DNA of 63,963 bases, filler included, from Platydemus manokwari (Eukaryota): the NCBI GenBank assembly GCA_037951405.1. It is 5 parts of 5 records of this genome, joined end to end, with 100 filler letters (N's around TTAATTAATTAA, not from the genome) between each part and the next. Parts side by side here need not be neighbours in the genome. Positions count along the whole stretch, not along the records: positions 49,011 to 63,963 come from JBBMOY011370314.1; 4 more parts are not named here. One strand, written 5' to 3'. The translations under genes were made by a program, and so were the position numbers. Below are positions 53,223 to 63,963 of this stretch, piece after piece; the stretch's first letter is position 1; each line of letters starts with the position of its first letter. Under the pieces are notes generated by a model. The model ran no database searches, was not told the origin of the DNA, and saw nothing but the letters and a program-made list of their open reading frames with translations.

Positions 53223-53818
53223 TCACATTGCTAGGGTTCCTTTGTTTAACATTACATAATCCATATCCCGCTTCAGTTGACAAGCAGTGCACATAAAGCA
53301 GCATGTGCTTGCGCAGCAATCGTCCAGCATTGAACCCTTTCAAATATGTTATTGCTACACATTATTTAATGAAAATAAAACTCGTTACCATCACTTTATG
53401 ACGATTCCTATGTTGAACTCTTAATGAAAACAGTGCGTGAGGTACACAACAAGATGTGCAACAGCATTCTCCATATCTACTATATAATCTTGCAACGCAA
53501 CAGAATGGACAGATCAAAAAACAGCAACCTAAACAAATGCTAATCAACACCACAAACATCGATGACCAAAAATTACATGATGCCAGATCATCAAAGCATG
53601 AACACATTCCCGAACTCCACATTCTCACTCCTCTATTCAAATTAAGATCAGGTTGTTGAACAATTACAGTCGTTTGGGCGTATTCTGGTGAACGAGGATA
53701 CTTTATTAATGTTATATAAATTCAACGAAAATTAGATGCTTACCGCTGGTGGCTGTTGCGATACCGGCTCATTATCGATAAGAGAATATTTTTCATTCAA
53801 CTTATTGTCTGTATTCAT
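53223..53818 (-). CDS. PLAC8/cornifelin family Cys-rich protein (paralog 1)
   Basis: Exons 53818-53744, 53700-53577, 53528-53389, 53336-53223; WSSGMCSCFDDLASC...CPFCC...LRVQHRNRHKVMGSMLDDCC...CTACQLKRDM. Confidence 0.92.
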
Positions 53819-54293
53819 TTTAAAATTTCCTGGAATTATGAAATAAACACGACTTTTTTCGTGACCTACTTTTGATTAATATGATTTGTCAATTAAAAAT
53901 CACCAGACACTATATATCTATATTATGATTCATCAATTTCATTTTAAAATCTTTTACATTAAAGGAAGTCAGTAAATCGATTTGCATGTATTTGTTCTAA
54001 TTATATGGGCGTGATTTACAGGTCTATGGTTATTAATAAATTATTTTAACATTTTGTATAATTAAAATAAACAGTGAAAGTTATTTGAGGAAATTACAAA
54101 TTACAAATCGATATAAAGAGAAAAATTTTATTTTGAAAAAAATTTACATTTGATCGAATACTAATAATCATATAAAGTGATATTGTGTATTGGAGAGAAA
54201 TGAATAAAATATTGATTATGGAAATTTATTTAATACACGAAATAACGTTATATAATAACATAATAAATAATACAAAGTGATTCGATGAATTGT

Positions 54294-54874
54294 TCACATT
54301 GCCAGGGTTCCTTTTGATGCAAATACATAATCCATATCTCGTTTCAGTTGACAAATGGAGCAAAAGAAACAAAATGACACCGTGCAAAAATCACCGCAGA
54401 TTGTACCCTGAAAAATACATCACATTTCATATAAACACGGAAAAGGTGAGTACATGTATTTTGTGACGATTTCTGTGCTGCAAGCGCAACGCAAAAGTCG
54501 GGTATGGAATACATAAAGGAGTACAGCAAGATTCATCATATCGAGAATATAGTTGGCACACAAGGCACGGGCCACAAAATAATCCACAGCAAACTGAATA
54601 CAAAACTTAAAAATTATTTCTGATGATCAATTCGTACATGATTCCATATCATTGAAACACGAGCAAATTCCACTACTCCATAGTCTTGGTCCGCTTGGTA
54701 CGATACGAGGTTGTTGGATAATAACTGTGGTATTGGAGTTCCCACAATACTATTCGTTGGTAAAATTGAAGAGAATATGTTTAACAAAATACTTACTGGG
54801 GGAGGTTCTTGAATAACTAGTTGAGCATTACTATCAAATTGAATTTCGTTTAATCCTTCGTAATTTGTATTCAT
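54294..54874 (-). CDS. PLAC8/cornifelin family Cys-rich protein (paralog 2)
   Basis: Exons 54874-54797, 54749-54638, 54593-54454, 54407-54294; WSSGICSCFNDMES...CGPCLVC...LRLQHRNRHKIHGTICGDFC...CSICQLKRDM. Confidence 0.92.
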
Positions 54875-56699
54875 ATTTCAATTTATTCGTGTTTTGAAAG
54901 ACAAAATAATATAAGCCATTGAACTTGACGATGAATTTTCATTGGTCAATTGTTTGTCTGGAATTTTAGACGAATCCATGTATCTTTTATCAGATATCGT
55001 GAATATTGTATCGATTCTGTGTGTTGGATACCAATATTTGAAGATATTTTGGCCTCAAAACGAAATGAATCATTCGTTAATCTTGTATCGAATAAGAAAA
55101 ATATTCAAATAAATTAAATTGATCTTTTTAAAAAAAAAAATCACAACACTATTTATTTACACTGACGTCAGAAGGATTTTACAATTCACGTACACATAGT
55201 TATGCTACTAATGTTCACATCCTTCAGATTAAAAATAAAGTATGTCCTTCTTAAATCCTCGTAGATCTGCGACAAAAATTGGAAAGTGGAAAGGCCTGTT
55301 TTTATAAGGAGATTTATAGGATTTTAATAGAAACACAACACTAAATGTGCCTGGATTTTGGTTTTAATTACAATAACAAATTTATTTATCATTTAAGGAT
55401 AAACATTATTCTTCAGTCAAAATTCAAATGTAGTGACTCAATTGTTGTGAGAATATAAATATGTACTATATTTAAACACAAGTACATGTGATGATACTAA
55501 TTTACCTTTTTTGTTGCCGGTTGTTATGACTCATTGGTATATATTTGCTCCAAACTTAAACTAAGTTCTCATTTGTTTTGTGCAATTTTATTATATGATT
55601 TTTTCATGATTTAATCTTGAGAAGAGACTCTTTGTGAGCACTTAAAATTTATAATCTGCAAATTATAATTTCGCATACTGTTTTGTTTGGAATAGATTTG
55701 AAGACGATTAAAATGAGTTTAAGATATGTTAGTTATCACATCGTGTGCCAGTCAAGTATCTCTTAAGTTCTCAAAAATAAAATTATATATCCTAAATAAA
55801 TAAAATATTGTGGATCTCTATGCAAAAAGAAATTATGAATAGCATTGACTATGTAATTTGTGAATAAAATTACTAGATATTCTTACAAATATTAGATCTT
55901 ATTTTTCTCTCTATTTTTTGTTCCTACAGGGTGTGTGTAGGTTATGATTTGAATAATATTTCCATTTTATAATTAATAGTTGTATGGAAACAATTAAGAC
56001 TGAAAATGACACAGGATTAAAATCGATGCCTAGTTGTTGCAAAGTGAAAGAAAATTCTGATAGAATTTCTGATAGATAGTCAAATTTTAAAAAGATTTCA
56101 TGTATTAAAAAGTAGATTGACTGAAAACATACAGAAACTGAAAATAAAGTTTATTATGCTTTGTTAACTATTATTGGTACAACATAGATTTGAATATTGT
56201 AGTTTAATAGAGATGACTGAAGCATTGTAATTTGATTATGTTGGTGGTTATTTAGATCATGATTAAAATTTATTGTTAAAATTCAATCCATTAAGAATGA
56301 TTGAAGAAAAATAAAACTAATTTAAAATGTCATAAATTTCAGAAACAGAAAAAACTTAAATAACTGACAATAATCTTTACTAAACTTTCATAAGTATCAG
56401 TTACAAGATCATCAATTATTATAAGTAAATTATGTGAAATTATTATGGTAGTGGTAATAATAAATATTATCAACTGATAAATAATTCGTTAAACCCCTAA
56501 CCAATTATAATAGCAAGAATTCTCAACCATTACTCCATTAATTTCCAAGTCTCTTAAACCACAATTTAATTACTGGTCACACAAGGACTCTCCATTTCAT
56601 TAAATTAATTTGTCAAACATATCGAAATTAAATTGAACATGTAAAGTGTAATTACAACGATAAATAAACTGCAAATATTAATATTCTTCATTACCGTTA

Positions 56700-56970
56700 G
56701 GATTTATAATAAATTGAAATTTGAAAAATTTGAAAATCAAATAATTGTAATTAAAATATAATTTGTTGTAATGATTTTTTAGTTTGTTTTAAATGGGTGC
56801 TTTATAAAATAGTACCCTATTACATGATGACCCGGCATTTGGATTCGATTCTGAGAGTTTCTAAATGTGATATAAAGAAATATAAAATAGAGGAAAAATA
56901 GAATCTTTAAATATTTGGGTAATATCCTAGAATAAATAATAAATAAAACCACATATAAAAAATTTTTAAA
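56700..56970 (-). repeat. Dispersed repeat family A, inverted partial copy
   Basis: 'gtgctttataaaatagta...tacatga...gcatttggattcgattctgaga' is the reverse complement of the family core. Confidence 0.75.
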
Positions 56971-59900
56971 CAATCAGGTACCAGACCCTTCAAAAATAGG
57001 TATTATATAAAAAATCCATAAATAAAATTTATCAATACTAAAAATACAACAAATAATTAAAAGTTAGTAAAATTAGAATACAAAGAATGTAACAATCTAA
57101 AATAGTATAGATGCAAAATAGAAATAACAAAAACGATAATTAGTTTAAAAAGAAGAAAAGAATTAGTATAAAAGAAACCATGGAAAACTAGACAAAGCTC
57201 ATAATTTGCACTGTTATTGCTAGAAATATCAAGCACCACTTTTAACGGATTACATAAAACCCATTATTGTTGACAGAAAATAGATTAGTTTTATTTCAAA
57301 AGGAAAACCTAATAATGTAACGTTAATTTTATTATTATTTTAAAATTTTTAATGAATTTCATAACGGTTTAGTCCAAGCACTCGTTTACTAATTATCTAA
57401 ACTTCATCTAAACACATCGCATTTTGTTCTTAATGGTTTGAATAAGAATTTCTTATGTTTATCAAAAATTTTAGAAAACGAAATTATTCTTAGAAATTTC
57501 TAGTATTCATCAGAAGCATTATTGAAGAAAGAACATTTCAATTAATCAATTATATTTATAATTACAAGCCTTTCAATGATGAGTAAATTTTTCGTGTTTA
57601 GGTCCTGAGCTGTTTCCCCCAAAAATGTGGCTGGGATTTTATAATTCAATTATTATTTCTATTATGACATGGTACCTTTAGAAATTACAGCAGGTCAGCA
57701 TTGTGAAGAAAGTCAGTAAAATAATTAATTTGTTAGGATATAATTATTATAATTAACATAATTATTATAAAATTGTATTCAAAACATATTAAAGCAGTTT
57801 GGAAATAAGCGGGATGCTACTATAAAATCATTTGACTTATTAATTCTCATGAGATAAAAATATGTCCAAGGAAATCACTAAATAAAATATCCAGAAAAGG
57901 CATAATTTCAGTTAGTATATAAAAAAGCCAGGAATCCAGGAAATACAATTAACACTACACCATTAAATAAAATAACAAGAAATAATTAAAGAAAGATATC
58001 TACTTGATAGATAATAATTACATTCATTATTATTGTTGGAAAAGCAACATAGAACAACTAGTGCTCTACTCAGAGCGTAAGGAGAGCGAGAAGGAAAAAA
58101 TCCCATTCACTCTATATTTTAATAATAAGTTTTATAGATTGTGTACTCACGATCTTGGTGAGATAACTCCACCTATTTGTTTATTAAATATTTAGATTGA
58201 GTAAATTTGTTTGATTAAATTGTAATTTGTTTTAATTGGTTTTTAATAAACTTTATAAAAAATTTGAGTGTTTTTCTGATTGGATAAAAATAAATAACAA
58301 GGGAACTCACGCTGTTGAGTTGATAGAACACCATTTAAACATCACCCACGACCCAACATTATCGAGAAGATAATTATTTTATTTAACTCAGTCAGAGAAT
58401 AAGTTCAGAGTTTTGTTCCAGTGAACCACTCTATGTTCAATGGCCAAATAGTAATATCAAATCTTGAAATAAATATAAAGAACTGACAGAATTCAATAAT
58501 GAAAAAGAAACTTTTCAGTAAAAATTGTCGAACACGATATTACTTAGATCAAATAAATAAGTCAGAAAGATTACTGATTGAATCACATTTTTTACACAAT
58601 ATCTTGATGGGGAATATTTTATTTTTAATAGTTTTAGACTCTAAATAAGTGGTACTCTTCCAATGAGTAATGTTTAGTAATCTCGTAAATTGTTTTAAAT
58701 ATATAGACTTGTGTTACAGTGAATATATATGATATTTGGACATTGACTTGGGTCTTAGTGGTTGGATAAATAGAGAAATATCAGCATATATAATTACGTC
58801 TCTCAATTATTTTTTAGATATATTATTCATTGTAATCTTATATTTAGTCGAACTTTTAACAAACATGTTTTTATGAGTACCTTGTTTCAATATAATTAAT
58901 AATCAAAATATTATCTAATATGAATCGAATAAATTTGACAGTTACTCTGTGGGCTATTTTCCAAACTACAGCATAAATACTTTAGAGGTTTCATTACTAA
59001 AATCATTCAATTCAATGTTAAAGAAAAGAATTCGACTTAGTCAACCGAATGCTTGCCAACATCACTGATCATTATCAGCAAAATTACAACAATATTTCGA
59101 CACAAATTTTGGACTAACATGTCAAAGAAAATTAAGAAAAATTTATCCTTTATCGAAAAATGGTTATTAGTTGGTTTGAATGAATCAAAGGAGAAACTGC
59201 CAAAACATGCTGATTTTTTCACAATTGGATGACTTGATTTCGTTTTTTTGCAGTTCGTTATCAGTTTAAATATTCAGTTATGAATTACTTTATATTTGTC
59301 GTTTGGGTTCTGTGCAATCCTGATTTACATAGCAATTTCCTTCAGTTTCAATGATGTATTACTGATTTTCAATCTCTTTACTGCTTCAATATGAAATACC
59401 TTACTTTTCTATCAATAAAGTGCAGTTGTAACATACATTTTCGTTCGGCTCTAATTAGTGTGGTTTACTATGATGGTTCAAGCTCACGTATAGCCCGATC
59501 CTTCATTTTTTCTGTCATTAATTTTAATGCCTTAAGGTCAAGTGCTGAATTGTCAATTTAGCTTTTGTGGCAAAATAAATTCAGATAAAAATACGCATGT
59601 AAATTATAGAATATTTTTAATTAGGCCGTTTAAACTATTGCTTCCAATGTGGTAAAATGGGTTAAAATTGTGTATCAGACTCATTACAAAGAAAAATAAA
59701 AACGTTATCGAAAATAAACACGACAACAAACTTAGTTAGCATATATCACTAAAGAACTCATTTCTAAAATCAATATTATAAGATTAATCATGTGTGCTGA
59801 AGAAAGAGAGAATAAGACATCTGAATGAACGTCATCAATAGAGAAAGAGAAATAAAAAATAGTAAATAATCAAATGATAAAAACATTAGAAAATATTGAA

Positions 59901-60714
59901 ATTAAAAGAACAAACATTCAACATCTAAAAATTGTTCAAGAATTCTATTGATTTCACGTTCTTATATGATCTCTTTATTGGTCCTAAATATTGTATGATT
60001 CTCGATTATTTTTAAAACCGCGTGATCAATTTAAAAAGACGTCTTTATAACTAATCTCATTCTTTCTTTGTAGAAAATGTCTGACTAATTAAAAGGGTCG
60101 ATCGATACTATTAACCTCGAGAAAATTGTCGCAAACATCTAAATCAATTTTCACACATATTAAGGTTTATTAAAACAAACTATATTATACAATCACTTCT
60201 TCGATATTGTGTAATCCTAATAATTAATCTGCTAAGAAAAAAATATTGTTTTACTTTAAATGAATACATTAATTGGAATTGTTAAAACATTGTTAGTATA
60301 AGAGAATATTTGTTTGATATATTTTTAATGCTCTGGTATAAGTAGGTAAATTTTAAGTGCCGTGCTCAGAAAAATCAACTTATGTTTTTATTACTTAATA
60401 AGACAAACAGCTATTATGATCGTTCATTTTCGTACATTATTGTCGCATTGGGCATATGTAGCTCATAGTAATCAATAATTAAATATTCAGACGTTTCTCA
60501 CGGTCTATAATAGCCATGAATGATCACAAGGTATTACTGACAATTTTTATCCACATATCCAACTGTAAATAACAGTATGTTAACAAAATGTATGTTAATA
60601 ATAAAAAATATCATATAATATATCAATTGTGCTTTATTTAACTAACAAATCAATTTTATATTTCTGATCTACGAAATGTATAAATACATAAAAATAAACA
60701 CTAAATCTTGAATT

Positions 60715-61165
60715 TCACGATGTCGGCATAGTTCTGATCGTTCGATGGGACAAAGTATCCTTTTCTTTCTTTAAAACATTTAGCAGCGATTGAGAACTTT
60801 CGAGAATCTGAATATTGAAATTGAAAATGAATAGAAGAAACATTACAATGATTCACTTTAACATATGCCACTTCCGTTTCTGATATAGTTTTATCATATT
60901 CATTTCTTGTGATTAATTTTTTGCTAAGGCTTTCATTAATTTTCGCCAATTTGTCCGAAAGAATACGAACATCATGTTGTAATTTATTTCGTTCCTCTTC
61001 TTCTATTGTAATTTGTTTTTGCAATTCATCTCTTCGAGAACAAAGTTCTTCAATACCTTATCATTGAAAACGGAAATTCAGATGATAATAATAATCGAAA
61101 ACAAGACATTTACATTTAACTAGTTCGTTATTATAATTTTGTAGTGCAGCTCCCTGTTGAGACAT
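60715..61165 (-). CDS. SSNA1: Sjogren syndrome nuclear autoantigen 1 (NA14/DIP13), microtubule/centriole coiled-coil protein
   Basis: Exons 61165-61114, 61056-60857, 60807-60715: [33 protein letters not shown]...[29 protein letters not shown]. Confidence 0.95.
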
Positions 61166-61966
61166 TTGTTTGCATAGAAACAATTTATTAATTAGATCAT
61201 TAAAAGAAATTGCAAAATAGAAAATTGTATATAATAAATAGCAAGAAAATAATTATCATTAAGGTTTTTAAATAAGCGAAATGTTTATCATATAATTTTT
61301 GTAGATTTTTAAAATTTTTTTAGAAAATTTTGAGACTATATACTTAATGTATAAAACCACTATTACAATGCTAATTAAACATTTAATGGGATTTTCAACA
61401 CTATTTTTTGTCAAACTCGAAATATTTAAGCCAAATAATTTAATAATATTAAATTCTTAAAATTATTATTTTCAATAACTTTTATAACTTCAATTTGTTA
61501 ACTTGATAACTCAAGCAATATTCTATCTTATGTTTTTGAGAAGGACAGTATTTTATCTCCAATCAAATGATAAAAAATTGTTTGTCATTTACATGAAAAC
61601 TAATTACATTTTATTGAAAACAATTTATAATCTAAATTTACTAAATTTAAATTTATTAAAATTACTCTAATCATACAATACTTAGTATTTACTCAATGAT
61701 GTTTGACTATCAAATTTTTTTTCCTAATATGCGGCTTTGTAATAAGTAATTATAAACTGATATTCAAACAATGTGAATCAATAAATTTTAGTTGAAATAT
61801 ATCTCATTATGTTAAGTCAACTGGCAAAAGACTAAAAGGTATATCACAGAAATGCTGAATTTGTGCTCAACGAAGAAACGATAAGTGTTTGACAGTGACA
61901 TCAATTAGTAATGAATTATTATTTAAACGATAGCAAAATTTTTAAAATCCATTAAAATTTATAAAG

Positions 61967-62760
61967 ATGTCAACAAGAATTGTAATAACAAGTCAGCCAA
62001 AAAGAGTGCGACCGGTTAATTTATTATTAATTGATTGTTTTGCATTATTATACAATATAATTTTTCATGATAACAGATAGTGGATAGATCTAAAGTAAGT
62101 GGGAGATACAAATATCGAAAGTGGAGTTCTGGACTTTTCGATTGTTGTGAAGATCTAGAATCATGTAATCTACAAGATTATATTTATCAATTTTTTTTGT
62201 GATTAATAAAAATAATGACAATAATAATTATGATTATTACTATTAATCTAAATCTAATTTTAGGTTTGTTAGCTGGTTTCTGTAGTGAATGCTATTTATG
62301 CTACATGTACTATATTTACTATGAATTTGTCTGCGGTCCGCTATTCATGCCAAGTTGGGCTAATCTATTGCTTAGAACAAAACATCGATTTAGACACAAT
62401 ATAGAGGTCAAATTTATTTTATATTTATTTTTTAATAATCAATAATATCTCGGCAAAAGTTACATTTTTTCACTGTGAAAGACTTTATTTAGTAAAAATC
62501 GAGTTGTGCAGTAATTTATATTTTAATATTTAATAGCAATTACGGCCAAGTATATATTTTCTCTATTCTCCTGAATAAATTTAAATTTGAAAATTTTAAT
62601 ACTTCACTATTCTTCTATAAATGATGAAAATAATTTTGATTATTTTTAGGGAGATTTGATGTTGGATTGTTGCATAAGTTATTGGTGTTATCCCTGTGCG
62701 ATGTGTCAACTGAAACGAGATATGAATCATGTCGAGGACACAATTGGTTTATTAGAATAA
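61967..62760 (+). CDS. PLAC8/cornifelin family Cys-rich protein (paralog 3, more divergent)
   Basis: Exons 61967-62014, 62077-62164, 62264-62406, 62650-62760; IVITSQP...WSSGLFDCCEDLESC...LRTKHRFRHNIEGDLMLDCC...YPCAMCQLKRDM. Confidence 0.9.
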
Positions 62761-63963
62761 TTAGCATAGATATATCAGTATTTATCAAATTTTATATGTT
62801 ATTCTTACGAAATACAAAGTTTTGGTTATTTATCTGTAAACTTCAGTAAAAAAACATCTTAAATTGAATTGAAGAATTTAAAAGTACAAATTGTACAAAT
62901 AATAATGTCAGGACATCAAAATATTTATCGGCATAAAGAAGCAGAAATTTCTAATGAGCTTTGTAAAATGAAAGTCAATGAATGAAAGCCAATAATAATT
63001 CAGTATGTGAGAAAAAGAGGGCACAAATACCTAATATGGATCGCAAAACATACAGAGTTTTATATACAAATTTCGATCAATAAATAGGCTTAAGAATCTG
63101 AAACACAACACTCGCAATGGGACCACATTGATAAACAAAAATTGTTCATCTCATTCATTTATTTCATAACTTAATTAATTCCAAAAACACAAAAATTTAA
63201 TTTACGTCTAAATCACACAGTAAATTTTATTATCACCACATTATATTAAACAAATTTATCGGAATCTAATTAAATAAATTCTTAAATTTATCGTTTGTTA
63301 TATTTCTAAACTGAAACCATGTGTTATTATCTTTAGTCGGCTCAACTTAGACTATAGTACCTTCATGGTATTAAAAGTTTTACTTTCTATATTTTACTCC
63401 TATAATATATTTTTATTGATTTATACTCATCATACTTGTTTAATAAAAGCTTTTTAATTATTTATTATTTCAATACTTTTACTCAACTTAATATTCACAT
63501 AACACCTATTTTCTAGAAAGGGTCAATGGAATTCATAAATATTAAATCACATTATTAATTAAACTTCTAAGTTCACATTAAGTAAAAATAGATATTATTG
63601 ATAATTTATTTCAGATAAATATCGATAGAATTAATCAGAAAATAATTACCTTCAATTCAAACATTTAAATTATTAATTCAAAAATAGACAAAAAGTAAAA
63701 AAGTCCTAAGTTCAAATATTTGGGCCACATACTAAAAAACAGCAAACCTAGCAACAAAGCAATAAACAACATTTTCATTAAATAAAAATTTGTTTGATAT
63801 TGTTTGTGTGTTGACTGGTCCAAAGGGCGTCGATAATGAATATTGATGACTACACTATCTGAAAATTATAACTGATTATCTAAAGAATTTATAAAATTTA
63901 TTGAAGATGGATATTATTATGCTACAATTACCAACTGAATTAAAGTTAAATTATTAAATCGAT

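Noticed and set aside
55900-59600. Scattered exon-like or ORF-like pieces (about 55930-56080, 57600-57710, 58310-58460, 59037-59222)
   Set aside because: No continuous reading frame or recognisable motif could be assembled.

Overview
This is AT-rich eukaryotic (metazoan) genomic DNA with short GT-AG introns (about 43-115 bp), several multi-kb introns, (AAT)n microsatellites and many decayed transposons. The overall character suggests a flatworm such as a planarian, but that is inference only. The window is not one locus. It is five contigs joined by identical artificial 100-bp spacers (44 N + TTAATTAATTAA + 44 N), plus one 170-N gap. Host genes reconstructed by hand: N-terminal exons of an SK/KCNN Ca2+-activated K+ channel; the last exon of a protein tyrosine phosphatase; the last exon of GBF1; an orphan 226-aa ORF; a two-exon secreted EGF-domain precursor with a furin site and a His/acid-rich tail; seven exons of the N-terminal part of Patched; and three PLAC8/cornifelin paralogs flanking SSNA1. 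Mobile DNA includes mariner fragments, Tigger/pogo and hAT non-autonomous elements, several Ty3/gypsy remnants and solo LTRs, and a dispersed 325-420 bp repeat family. The most notable observations are: (1) a gypsy family with very short (109-110 bp) AGT...ACT LTRs, supported by a solo copy with a 5-bp target-site duplication; (2) the EGF/His-rich precursor; (3) a 74-bp near-perfect palindrome inside an integrase remnant; (4) a phase-compatible juxtaposition of SK-channel and phosphatase exons. No tRNA, rRNA or CRISPR array was recognised, and no novel multi-gene system could be established from the sequence alone.
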